In this document: positions 20,995 through 31,047 of the stretch, in pieces
Layout: every line of letters begins with the position of its first letter
Numbering within the stretch: the first letter of the stretch is position 1
Source: an uncultured Bacilli bacterium
GTDB taxonomy: Bacteria > Bacillota_I > Bacilli_A > RF39 > UBA660
DNA: 64,000 nucleotides
Assembly (NCBI GenBank): GCA_944371525.1
Contig: CALVXP010000001.1
Location: 24,860 to 88,859 of the forward strand
Direction of reading: 5' to 3'
Position numbers and translations under genes: made by a program
The notes under the pieces: generated by a model
Seen by the model: the letters and a program-made list of their open reading frames with translations, nothing else
What the model was told of the DNA's origin: nothing
Databases searched by the model: none

Positions 20995-21434
20995 TTATCT
21001 GATGTACTTACTCAAAAATTCTTCTAGCTCTTTTTCTGTACAAAATATTTCTTCAAAAATATTATATAACGTATCTGTTGCTTTGTATTCACCTATTGCA
21101 TAACATTTTTTGCCCATACCATAAGCTATTCCTGATTCTATATGAGCTGCTTTGCCGGCTGGTAATACAAGTAATAAATTTTTTGACCTCTTTTCACCTT
21201 CTAAATCTTGTTTAAATAAATTTAGAACAATATCACTTTTTAATCCCAATGATTCAAACTCTTGTTGTCTTTCTTCTGGTGTTTGATTTTTATTTCCATA
21301 TCCCCAATTATCTTCATTTTTTAGAAAGCAATAATAAGAAATGTTATATTTATCAAAAATATCACATATTTTAATATATTTTCTTTATTTCTTGCTCTTC
21401 CAGCAATGAAAAATTCATATTCTTCATTTATCAT
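20995..21434 (-). pseudogene. Nucleoside 2-deoxyribosyltransferase-like (NDT/DNPH1 superfamily) gene, frameshifted
   Basis: N-terminal frame MINEEYEFFIAGRARNKENILKY ends in a stop. The second frame gives ...LVLPAGKAAHIESGIAYGMGKKCYAI (FxExGxAYxxGK-like). Frame switch lies between about 21325 and 21390. Confidence 0.45.
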
Positions 21435-21471
21435 ATTCATCTTCCTTTCAAGTTAGGTATTATTTATACCA

Positions 21472-22704
21472 TTATATATTAAAATTATTAAAATTTCTAC
21501 TAGTTTCAAATAATTTAGTTACTTGTTTCTTATCTTCACTTTTACTTAAAACATAATATCTTTCAGTAGTTTCTATTCTCTTATGTCCTAGTACTTCAGC
21601 TATATCTTTTATTTCACATCCATTTCTTAAACTAACAGTAGCAAAACTTCCTCTTAAATCATAAAACCAGCAATTAATTCCTAACTCATGTTGAATTATT
21701 TTAAATGGATATCTTATAATATCTGTTCCAGAATATGTTCCATCTTTTCTAGTAAATACCATTTCAGCTCTATTAGATTTAGAATTATTTTCTACAACTT
21801 TATATTCTATTAACTTACCATATTTATTTCTTACTTGTTCTAAAACATATTGTTTATACTTCTTTCCATACGCTTTCTTATATTCATTTTGTGTTTTTTT
21901 ATAATTAAATAGTACTAAATACAGAGTGTCACAAATATAAACTTCTCTACAACTTCCAACTGTTTTAGTTGTCCCTAAATACCATCTACCTTTTTTCTCG
22001 TTATCTTTGGCATATACAGTTTTATTTATTTTTATAATTCTATTTTCTAAATCAATATCATCCCAAGTTAACACAAATACCTCTCCTGTTCTCATTCCTG
22101 TATAACAAGCGGTAAGAAATGCACATATAAACACTTTATTGTCCTTAAATCTATTCAATATAATTTCTATTTCTTCATTGGTATAAATGTGACCTACATC
22201 GTTTTTTTAATTCAAATGATAATATCCTAGGTATTTGTAAGTCACCCGCTGGATTATTTTAATAAATCCAAAATAATAAGTTGCATCTCTAAAAGAACTT
22301 TTAATTACTTTTTGATAATTTCTTAATGCCTCTTTCTTATTGGATGTTTGATACAATTTTAATAATGCTTGATTAAGAATATATGGTGTTAATTTTGATA
22401 ATTTATAATTACCTAATTCTTTTTTTATATTACTAAAAGATTCTCTATACCTTTTTGCGGTGGAATATTTATAATTTACTTCAAAATATTCTTTCATCCA
22501 ATAATCTAAATATTCAGAATATAACATTTCACATTCATTTACTTTTTCTCCATTTATAAATTCATCATAGGCTTTTTGTCCTGCTAAATATGCTTCGTTT
22601 TTATTTTTAAAACCTGATTTAGTAATTTGTTTTCTTTTTCCATTTACTTTTCCTGCTTCAAAACAATACTGATATACATTTCCTCTTTTCCTAATATTGA
22701 TCAT
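21472..22704 (-). pseudogene. Phage-type tyrosine integrase interrupted by a single in-frame TAA (22207-22209)
   Basis: N-terminal segment MINIRKRGNVYQYCFEAGKVNGKRKQITKSGFK (arm-binding). C-terminal segment with TGMRTGE...HxxR...Y catalytic region. 48 nt between the two ORFs is in the same frame. Confidence 0.7.
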
Positions 22705-22750
22705 CTTATCATCTTCCTTTCTCTTTGATCATTATTATTTTATACGAAAA

Positions 22751-22776
22751 AACAGTAGCACCTTAAATCTACTGTT
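22751..22776 (-). terminator. Intrinsic terminator downstream of the 73-aa ORF
   Basis: aacagtag-10 nt-ctactgtt, with a U-run on the minus strand. Confidence 0.4.
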
Positions 22777-22782
22777 TTAACC

Positions 22783-23004
22783 TTATATTAATTTTGATAA
22801 TATTTCATTTTTTTCTAATACATCTTTTGGTACTAAGTTCCCATTTTCTATTTTTATAAATTCCATTATCTGTACATTTTGTTCAACATATTTTCCTACA
22901 AATATGTATGCTAAACTACATTTTGAGATACTATTTTCTTTTAAAAACAAATTATAACTATCATCAACAGATGAGAAGTATAAATTCTTTTCCACAGGAT
23001 TCAT
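22783..23004 (-). CDS. Hypothetical 73-aa protein
   Basis: ORF only. Confidence 0.3.
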   Translation of the reverse strand: MNPVEKNLYFSSVDDSYNLFLKENSISKCSLAYIFVGKYVEQNVQIMEFIKIENGNLVPKDVLEKNEILSKLI

Positions 23005-23264
23005 CTTTTTTATTCATTATTTAAAATTTTACCGGAACTTAAACGTAAATGAGATTTTTAATAATTTTTAATTTACTATTGATAATTAAATATTTGCACT
23101 TAAAATACCAATAAAATTTAATATCTATACTAGTATAAAACAAAATTCAACATCTTAAAAATAAAGCTATATTTACAACTTTTCAATATTCTATATTTTT
23201 AACTTAATATTTTATGCATGAATATTTATATTTGGTGTATAATATTTTTGAAAGGAAAATGAAT

Positions 23265-24563
23265 ATGAAAAGGTTTTTAATTTTATTTTTGGTATTATTT
23301 TTATTAAGTGGGTGTAATGAAAAAGAAGTAGTTAAAGATGTTCAAGAAGATACATTGAATTATGCTTTTGTTATTGGTAAAAATGATGAGTTTCTTTTAA
23401 TTCAAGATAATAAAGGAATTATATATGAAAAAAATATATCTGGTTTAAATCCTGGTGATATGATAAAAACTTATGATGATATTAGTAATTTAAATGATTA
23501 TGAAATTATTTCTGATGATGATTTTCCGTTAGCTTTTAATGATAATGGGATTTTTAAAGATTATTATAATATTTCTTATCAAAAAGTAAAAAATATGAGT
23601 TTGGATGAGAAAATTGGACAAATTTTACTTGTTAGATATCCATCCGAAAATCAGACCGATGTTTTAGAAAAATATCAATTTGGTGGTTATGTGTTTTATG
23701 CGAAAGATTTTAATGATAAAACTAAAGATGAAGTTATTAAAATGATTAATGATAATCAAAATGTGGCTAAAACGCCTATTTTAACTGCAGTAGATGAAGA
23801 AGGTGGTAAGGTTAATAGAATTAGTACTAATTCTAACTTAGCTAATGAACCTTTTAAATCCCCTAGGGAACTTTATTTATCTGGTGGTTTTGATTTAATC
23901 AAGGAAGATACTATTAAAAAAAGTAAATTACTTTATGAACTTGGTATTAATTTGAATTTAGCGCCTGTTGCTGATGTATCTACTAACCCTAATGACTATA
24001 TGTATTCAAGAACACTTGGTGAAAACACTGATAAGACTAGCGAATATGTTAAAACGGTTATTAAATCTAGTAATGGTTTGGGTGTTACTTATACTTTGAA
24101 ACATTTTCCTGGTTATGGTAATAATACTGATACTCACCAAGGAACTTCTTTGGATAATAGAAGTTATGATGATATTTTAAATAATGATTTACCTCCTTTT
24201 AAAGTTGGTATTGATGAAGGGGCTTTATCTATTTTAGTTAGTCATAATATAGTGAGTAGTATAGATTCTGATTTACCTTCTTCTTTATCTTATAAGGTTC
24301 ATAATTTGCTTAGGGATAATCTTAATTTTACGGGCATAGTTATAACTGATGATTTGGATATGGGGGCAATCGGTGATGTTAAATCATCTACTGTTAAAGC
24401 TGTTTTAAGTGGGAATGATTTAATTATTACTACTGATTATGAAAGCAGTATAAATGCAATTAAAGAAGCTATTAATAATGGTGAAATTTCTGATAAATTA
24501 ATTGATAAGACTGCTACTAGAGTAATCGCTTTTAAATATTATAAAGGCATGATAAAAGGATAA
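23265..24563 (+). CDS. Glycoside hydrolase family 3 lipoprotein (NagZ-like beta-N-acetylhexosaminidase)
   Basis: Lipobox LLSGC. KIGQILLVRYP, KHFPGYGN...DTH and ITDDLDMGA motifs. Start set at MKRF, with an RBS 8 nt upstream. Confidence 0.75.
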   Translation: MKRFLILFLVLFLLSGCNEKEVVKDVQEDTLNYAFVIGKNDEFLLIQDNKGIIYEKNISGLNPGDMIKTYDDISNLNDYEIISDDDFPLAFNDNGIFKDYYNISYQKVKNMSLDEKIGQILLVRYPSENQTDVLEKYQFGGYVFYAKDFNDKTKDEVIKMINDNQNVAKTPILTAVDEEGGKVNRISTNSNLANEPFKSPRELYLSGGFDLIKEDTIKKSKLLYELGINLNLAPVADVSTNPNDYMYSRTLGENTDKTSEYVKTVIKSSNGLGVTYTLKHFPGYGNNTDTHQGTSLDNRSYDDILNNDLPPFKVGIDEGALSILVSHNIVSSIDSDLPSSLSYKVHNLLRDNLNFTGIVITDDLDMGAIGDVKSSTVKAVLSGNDLIITTDYESSINAIKEAINNGEISDKLIDKTATRVIAFKYYKGMIKG

Positions 24564-24579
24564 TTTTTGAGTTATCCTT

Positions 24580-25200
24580 TTAAATTTCACCAATATATTC
24601 TAATAATTTTAAGAATATTCTGATAAATTTCTTATCTAAACCTAACTTGCCTAATTTTCTTATAGCAATTCTTTTTTTCTTAATTGGTTCTTCTCCAAAT
24701 AATATTTCGTCTATTTTTTCTTTCATCTTTAATTCATTACTACCTGTAGCAATATTATATAATTCATCTATTCTCGTAATAAGATGATTAATTAAAATCA
24801 TTACTATGATAAGGATAACCATATAATAAAAGCTAAACATAAAACTACCAAATACTGCAAAATGTACAACTAATAGAATGATTTCTGGTAATAATAAAAA
24901 TCCTATAACAAACATTATTAATAATTCTTTTTCATTTAATTTTTTCTTAATTATCATAAATATCAATCCAAAAATAAGCATTATAATCATTACATTATAT
25001 ACATCGGTAATTAAATGTATAATCATATTCACATTAAATATTGTTACTCCAGATAAATATATAATACTTTGAGTAATTAATAATACAAATATAAATAGAG
25101 AAAACATTAATATAAATATCCTTAACACCTTTAATAGATTAGATATTTTATGATATGTTTGCATTCTTTTATTATTTCCTTCATCTTTCCAGTACTCCAT
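24580..25200 (-). CDS. Polytopic membrane protein, unknown
   Basis: 206 aa, four or five TM helices. Confidence 0.4.
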   Translation of the reverse strand: MEYWKDEGNNKRMQTYHKISNLLKVLRIFILMFSLFIFVLLITQSIIYLSGVTIFNVNMIIHLITDVYNVMIIMLIFGLIFMIIKKKLNEKELLIMFVIGFLLLPEIILLVVHFAVFGSFMFSFYYMVILIIVMILINHLITRIDELYNIATGSNELKMKEKIDEILFGEEPIKKKRIAIRKLGKLGLDKKFIRIFLKLLEYIGEI

Positions 25201-25283
25201 AGCACTACTATCATATAAGTCATTATATAAAAATTATAAGTTTTTAACTTTGACATATTTTTAAGTTTTGATGTTGACATTTA

Positions 25284-25391
25284 CATTTTAAATCCAGATT
25301 TACTTTTGAATTTTCTTTTCCCACCTTGGGGAGCAATTTCAAACTTATACTGAAATACCTTTCCTCTTTTTACTACATTTACTTTTCTCAT
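25284..25391 (-). pseudogene. Second integrase N-terminal stub (35 aa), truncated
   Basis: MRKVNVVKRGKVFQYKFEIAPQGGKRKFKSKSGFK resembles the arm-binding N-terminus of the 22704 integrase. Intact AAGGAGT RBS. Stops after 35 codons. Confidence 0.5.
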
Positions 25392-25432
25392 TACACAACT
25401 CCTTACTTTATGTAAACGGAGTTATCTTTAAC

Positions 25433-25464
25433 AAAAAAGTTAGCAAATGAATGCTAACTTTTTT
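25433..25464. terminator. Bidirectional intrinsic terminator downstream of secA
   Basis: aaaaaagttagca-aatgaa-tgctaactttttt, a perfect 13-bp stem with flanking A/T runs. Confidence 0.6.
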
Positions 25465-25564
25465 GTTTCCAAAATTGTTTCCAAAAATTTTTCCCTTATT
25501 TTATAAGGCTTTTCAGAGGTTTTGGTAACATCTTTTTTAATTTTGGAAACAAAATGGAAACAAA
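25463..25564. repeat. Imperfect inverted repeat whose arms each contain tandem TTGTTTCC(A)AAA units, flanking a 45-nt spacer
   Basis: tttgtttccaaaattgtttccaaaaatt ... aattttggaaacaaaatggaaacaaa. Confidence 0.5.
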
Positions 25565-25621
25565 TCGACTATTTTTTATGATTTTTTGATTTTTAAAACC
25601 TTCGCAAACCCTTATTTTATC

Positions 25622-25645
25622 TTACTTTCCACAACAATTCTTATA
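25622..25645. repeat. Direct repeat (right copy) at the true secA 3' end
   Basis: Identical to 20715-20738. Confidence 0.7.
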
Positions 25646-28117
25646 CTTTTTACCCGAACCACACGGACACGGATCATTTCTACCTACTTTAGTACTCTTT
25701 TTTTGTATTTTAACAGTATCTTTTCCATCATTAGTAATCTTGTTTTTTACGACTTCTTTTCTTTCAGTATTTTGTCTTATCTCAGATTTTAACAAATAAA
25801 TACTTACATCTTGATTTATTCTATTCATCATGTTATCAAATAACTCATATCCTTCTAAAGTATAAGCTTGAAGTGGATTTTCATTTGCATATCCTCTTAA
25901 TCCTATACCTTCTCTTAAATGGTTCATTGTACTTATATGCTCCATCCAATAATTATCAATTACTCTTAAAGTTATTGCTTTTTCAAATTCGTCTACTACT
26001 TCTTCTGGAATATCTTTTAATTTTTCATTATAATCAAGTAATACTTTTTCGTAAATAGTATCTATAACTTCTTCTGCAGACTTATTGTTAATTTCCGCTA
26101 ATGTAATACGATATTTCTTTAATAAATTTTCATTACTTGCTTCTAATATTTCTGAATAATCATTTTCTTTTAATGCATTTGTTTCTACTAGATGAGCATT
26201 TACCATTCCTGTTATATAATCTTTAAATAATTGTAATGTACTTTCATGAATTGATTCACTATCTAATATTTCATTTCTTCTTGCATACATTATTTCTCTT
26301 TGATTATTCATGACATCATCATAATTTAAAAGTTGCTTTCTTATATCAAAGTTATTTCCTTCAACTCTTTTTTGAGCACTTTCAACAGATTTAGAAAAAA
26401 CTTTATTTCTAATTGCTTGTTCTCCGGTGAAGCCCAAATTTTCAAGCATTCCACGATATCTATCTGATCCAAATCTTACCATTAAATCATCTTCAAAAGA
26501 TACATAGAATTGTGTATATCCAGGATCTCCTTGTCTTCCAGCACGACCTCTTAACTGATTGTCTATACGTCTTGATTCATGTCTTTCAGTACCTATAACA
26601 CAAAGACCTCCTAGTTCTTTTACACCTTCGCCAAGTTTAATATCAGTTCCACGACCAGCCATATTAGTAGCAATTGTTACAGCTCCTTTTTCTCCAGCAT
26701 GAGCAATGATTTCTGCTTCTCTAGCATGATTTTTAGCATTTAATACTTCATGTTTAATTTTCTTTTTATCTAACATTTTAGATAGTAATTCACTAGTTTC
26801 AATTGCTATAGTACCTACTAAAACTGGTTGCCCTTCATTGTGCCTTTTTTCAATTTCCTTTACTATTGCAGCATATTTTCCTGCTTTACCTGGATATAAT
26901 AAATCAGTTTCATCAATTCTTATAACTGGTTTATTTGTAGGAATGGTTATAACATACATATTATATATATTTCTAAATTCTTCTTCTTCTGTTTTAGCAG
27001 TACCAGTCATACCAGATAATTTATTATACATTCTAAAATAATTTTGGAATGTAATGGTAGCAAGAGTCTTAGTTTCTTGTTGAATTTTTACACCTTCCTT
27101 AGCTTCTATTGCTTGATGTAATCCTTCAGAAAATGCTCTTCCTTTCATTAAACGTCCTGTAAATTGGTCAACAATTATTACTGCATCATCTTGTACTACA
27201 TAATCCACATCTTTATGCATGGCATAATTAGCTTTTAATGCTTGATTAATATGATGAACTAATGCTGTATTACTGATATCATAAAGATTTTTAATATTAA
27301 ATCTTTGTTCGCATTTTTCTGCTCCACCATCAGTTAAACTTACAGCCTTTGTTTTTTCATCTAAAATATAATCTTCATTTTCTTTTAATATTTTAACAAA
27401 ATTATCAGCTTGAACATATAGATTTGCAGATTGCATTACTCCACCAGATATAATTAATGGTGTTCTTGCTTCATCTATTAATATAGAGTCAACTTCATCC
27501 ACTATACAATAGTTAAGTGGTCTTTGTACTCTATTTTCCTTTCTTACAACCATGTTATCTCTTAAATAATCAAAACCTAATTCGTTGTTAGTAGTGTATA
27601 AAATATCACAAGCATATGCTTCTTTCTTTTCTTTAGGGGATAATTCTCTTAAATTAAGCCCTACTGTTAACCCTAAAAATTTAAATATACTTCCCATCCA
27701 TTCAGAATCTCTAGTTGATAAGAATTCATTTACTGTAACAATATGTACTCCTTTTCCCGTAAGAGCATTTAAATATGCAGGAAGTACACAGGTTAATGTT
27801 TTACCTTCACCCGTTTTCATTTCTGCAATATTACCATAATGTATTGCAAGTCCTCCTAGTAGTTGGCAATAAAATGGTTTCATACCTAAACATCTACTAG
27901 CAGCTTCCCTAGCAACTGCAAAAGCTTCTACTAATATATCTTCTAATGTTTCACCATTTTCTAATCTTTCTTTAAATTTATTAGTATATTCTTTCAATTC
28001 ATCATCAGATAATTTTTGCATATCCTCATCTAATGCGTCAATTTCATCTGCTATTTTAGTAAATCTTTGTAATTCTTTATATTCTGTATCAAATAATTTT
28101 TTTAATACTTTTAACAT
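25622..28117 (-). CDS. secA: Preprotein translocase ATPase SecA
   Basis: DEAD motor domains. C-terminal zinc finger [15 protein letters not shown]. Start placed at [10 protein letters not shown] (GGAGA RBS 8 nt upstream), matching conserved SecA N-termini. Confidence 0.9.
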   Translation of the reverse strand: MLKVLKKLFDTEYKELQRFTKIADEIDALDEDMQKLSDDELKEYTNKFKERLENGETLEDILVEAFAVAREAASRCLGMKPFYCQLLGGLAIHYGNIAEMKTGEGKTLTCVLPAYLNALTGKGVHIVTVNEFLSTRDSEWMGSIFKFLGLTVGLNLRELSPKEKKEAYACDILYTTNNELGFDYLRDNMVVRKENRVQRPLNYCIVDEVDSILIDEARTPLIISGGVMQSANLYVQADNFVKILKENEDYILDEKTKAVSLTDGGAEKCEQRFNIKNLYDISNTALVHHINQALKANYAMHKDVDYVVQDDAVIIVDQFTGRLMKGRAFSEGLHQAIEAKEGVKIQQETKTLATITFQNYFRMYNKLSGMTGTAKTEEEEFRNIYNMYVITIPTNKPVIRIDETDLLYPGKAGKYAAIVKEIEKRHNEGQPVLVGTIAIETSELLSKMLDKKKIKHEVLNAKNHAREAEIIAHAGEKGAVTIATNMAGRGTDIKLGEGVKELGGLCVIGTERHESRRIDNQLRGRAGRQGDPGYTQFYVSFEDDLMVRFGSDRYRGMLENLGFTGEQAIRNKVFSKSVESAQKRVEGNNFDIRKQLLNYDDVMNNQREIMYARRNEILDSESIHESTLQLFKDYITGMVNAHLVETNALKENDYSEILEASNENLLKKYRITLAEINNKSAEEVIDTIYEKVLLDYNEKLKDIPEEVVDEFEKAITLRVIDNYWMEHISTMNHLREGIGLRGYANENPLQAYTLEGYELFDNMMNRINQDVSIYLLKSEIRQNTERKEVVKNKITNDGKDTVKIQKKSTKVGRNDPCPCGSGKKYKNCCGK

Positions 28118-28207
28118 CTTAATCATCTCCAATGTATATTTTATCAAAAAATATTCTAAAATACTAGTTGTATAAAGAAAAAAAGCAATTTCTTGCTTAT
28201 TTCTAAA

Positions 28208-28741
28208 CTAGTTAACTGTTATAATTCCGTAGTTACCATCTTTTCTTTTATATAGTACACATAATTCATTACTATGCATATCTTTATATACAAAGAATGA
28301 ATGTCCTAACAATTCCATTTCTAATATTGCTTCTTCTTCATCCATTGGTTTCATTTCAATTGTTTTTCTTTTTACGACAGTGTTTACTTCTTCTTCATCT
28401 TCTACTGGTAATTCAAAATCAAAATTAAATTCTTTATATTTATTATTAACATTTCTCTTTTTTAATTTTGTTTTATTTTTTCTTATTTGTCTTTCTAATT
28501 TATCTAATACCAAATCAATTGCAGCATACATATCCTCATGTTCTTCTTCACTTCTTAATATAAAATTATCTGTTGGGATAGTTACCTCAATTATTTGTTC
28601 ATTTCCCCTTATCTTTAGCAAAATATTTGCTGTGATAGAATCCTCTTTGAAATACTTATCAAGTTTTCCAATTTTTGTCTCAATATAATCTTTAATTGCA
28701 TCAGTTACAACAAGTTTGTCGCCGCGTACATTAAATTTCAT
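28208..28741 (-). CDS. hpf: Ribosome hibernation promoting factor (long form)
   Basis: S30AE N-terminal domain plus C-terminal dimerisation domain. Conserved position next to secA. Confidence 0.85.
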   Translation of the reverse strand: MKFNVRGDKLVVTDAIKDYIETKIGKLDKYFKEDSITANILLKIRGNEQIIEVTIPTDNFILRSEEEHEDMYAAIDLVLDKLERQIRKNKTKLKKRNVNNKYKEFNFDFELPVEDEEEVNTVVKRKTIEMKPMDEEEAILEMELLGHSFFVYKDMHSNELCVLYKRKDGNYGIITVN

Positions 28742-28847
28742 TATATCAAATCCTTTCTTACAACTTAATTATATCACACTTTTTATTTTTTTAAACAAAA
28801 TTGCTAACAATAACATAATTTCACATAATATTAAAGGAAAAGTATAT

Positions 28848-29804
28848 CTACTTCTCCTCTTTATAAAGTTTAGACAAATTGTCTAACTCTTCAACTAAAC
28901 TATCTACTTGTGACCAACTAGTAAGTCTTGCACCAGACGCATATTTATGTCCTCCGCCACCAAAACGTGCTGCTAAATCATTTATGTATGGACCACTAGA
29001 TCTTATATTTGCTCTAATTAAGTTACTTTTCTTATCTTCTGAAAAGAAAACCCACACTAATATTTCATCAACATATTTTAAATTATTAATCATATTTCCA
29101 GCACTTGCAGAGTCTACACCAAACTCTTTCATTAAATCCTCAGTTATTTTAATATATGCAACCCCATTATCCGTAATTTGTAAATTTTGATAAACATATC
29201 CTTGAAATTTAATTTCCGCAAATGGTCTTATGTATAATGGCTCATATATACTAGTAAAATTTAAATGAGTTTTATTAATTAATTTAGTTACTAAATCAAA
29301 AGTTTTTATAGATGTATAATCATGTAAAAATCTATCCGTATCAGATACTATTCCTGTATAAATATTTTTAGCGATATTTTCTGTTAATGGTAATTTTAAA
29401 CTAAATATCATATCTAGTATTATTTGACAAGTACTAGAAGCATTGTCATCTACACAATCTATATTGGCATAGTTATCAACGATTGGGTGATGATCCATTT
29501 TTATAATATAATTATACTCTTTCAAATCTACACCATCTATTCTTTTAATGTCAGGAGTATCTAAAACAATTAATAACGAATTTTGAGGAACTTCTTCTAT
29601 TTTATCTAACATTCCTAAATATTTAAACCTACTAGCAGGGTTACCAATTGCATATACATTTTTATTAGGAAATTTAGTTTTTATAATATCTCTAAGTGCT
29701 AGTTGTGAACCTAATGCATCTGGATCTGGACCAATATGTCTAGCTATTACTATATTATTATATTCCTTTATTCTTTTATATATTTTTTTATATATACTTT
29801 TCAT
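28848..29804 (-). CDS. nrnA: DHH-family phosphoesterase (NrnA-like oligoribonuclease/pAp phosphatase)
   Basis: DHH motif (MDHHP) and DHHA1 GGGH motif. Confidence 0.7.
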   Translation of the reverse strand: MKSIYKKIYKRIKEYNNIVIARHIGPDPDALGSQLALRDIIKTKFPNKNVYAIGNPASRFKYLGMLDKIEEVPQNSLLIVLDTPDIKRIDGVDLKEYNYIIKMDHHPIVDNYANIDCVDDNASSTCQIILDMIFSLKLPLTENIAKNIYTGIVSDTDRFLHDYTSIKTFDLVTKLINKTHLNFTSIYEPLYIRPFAEIKFQGYVYQNLQITDNGVAYIKITEDLMKEFGVDSASAGNMINNLKYVDEILVWVFFSEDKKSNLIRANIRSSGPYINDLAARFGGGGHKYASGARLTSWSQVDSLVEELDNLSKLYKEEK

Positions 29805-29805
29805 A

Positions 29806-30987
29806 TTACCTTTCTACAATATTATAGGTATCTCTTGCAATCATCAATTCTTCATCAGTAGGAATTACATAGCAAGGAATAGATGAATTATCAGTAGTTA
29901 TACATATAGTCTCGCCTCTTGTATTATTTTTTTCTTCATCTATTTCAATACCTAATATTTTCAAAGAATCTAACACTTCTCTTCTTGTAGATATAGAATT
30001 TTCTCCGATACCCGCTGTAAATACTATTCCATCACAGCCTTCCATTTCTACATAATATTTAGCTATATAATCAACAATTCTTTTTACAAACATTTTTTGA
30101 GCAAGAGCACATCTTTTATTACCATGATTTATTCCATCTTCTATATCCCTAGAATCGCTACTTACCCCACTTATTCCTAATAATCCACTTTCTTTATTCA
30201 AAAAAGTGTCAACTTCTTTTGGGGTCAAATTTAGTTTTTCCATAATATATGGGATTATTGTTGCATCAATATCACCACATCTTGTTCCCATCATTAAACC
30301 AGCATTAGGAGTTAATCCCATCGAAGTATTAATACATTTTCCATCTACTACGGCACTAATGCTTGCACCATTTCCAATGTGACATGTAATTAATTTAGTA
30401 TTATACCTACCTAATATTTCATTCATTTTTAAACTTACATATTTATGCGAAGTTCCATGAGCACCATACCTGCGAACCTTGTAATCAGTATACCAATTGT
30501 ATGGGACTGCATACAAATAATTTTCTTCTTCAATGGTTTGGTGAAATGCTGTATCAAATACAGTTACATGTCTAGCACTAGGTATTACCGCTTGGGCAGC
30601 TTTTATTCCTACTATTGCTGCAGGATTATGTAAAGGAGCCAAACTAGATAATTCTTTTATTTTCTTTATAACATCTTCGGTAACTTCAACACTCTGATCA
30701 AAGTAACTGCCACCTTGAACTATTCTATGTCCAATTCCTTTTATCTCACTTAATGATGAAATTACACCATTTTCCATTAATTCTTCCATTAATATTTTAA
30801 AGGCTGCTTCATGATCTTTTAATTCAACTTCTTTTTTTATTTTTTCTTTATCTGTTTTTATTGTATAGAACGAATCCTTTAAGCCAATTTTTTCAAACAC
30901 TCCTGATATTAATCCCTTTTCTTCTGGCATTTCATACAATTTAAATTTTAGTGATGAACTACCTGCATTTACTGATAAAATTTTCAT
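29806..30987 (-). CDS. ackA: Acetate kinase
   Basis: MKILSVNAGSSSLKF N-terminus. Acetokinase signatures. Confidence 0.9.
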   Translation of the reverse strand: MKILSVNAGSSSLKFKLYEMPEEKGLISGVFEKIGLKDSFYTIKTDKEKIKKEVELKDHEAAFKILMEELMENGVISSLSEIKGIGHRIVQGGSYFDQSVEVTEDVIKKIKELSSLAPLHNPAAIVGIKAAQAVIPSARHVTVFDTAFHQTIEEENYLYAVPYNWYTDYKVRRYGAHGTSHKYVSLKMNEILGRYNTKLITCHIGNGASISAVVDGKCINTSMGLTPNAGLMMGTRCGDIDATIIPYIMEKLNLTPKEVDTFLNKESGLLGISGVSSDSRDIEDGINHGNKRCALAQKMFVKRIVDYIAKYYVEMEGCDGIVFTAGIGENSISTRREVLDSLKILGIEIDEEKNNTRGETICITTDNSSIPCYVIPTDEELMIARDTYNIVER

Positions 30988-31047
30988 TATTTACACCTCT
31001 TTCGTCTTTATTATAACATAAATAAATTTATTATGTGTATTATTTTA

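Larger units (their letters stand above)
20739..25621. mobile_element. Degenerate integrated element (integrase pseudogenes plus cargo) inserted at the secA 3' end
   Basis: Flanking direct repeats encode the SecA zinc-finger tail. Tyrosine integrase interrupted by a stop. Second integrase stub. Separates the normally adjacent secA and prfB. Confidence 0.5.
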
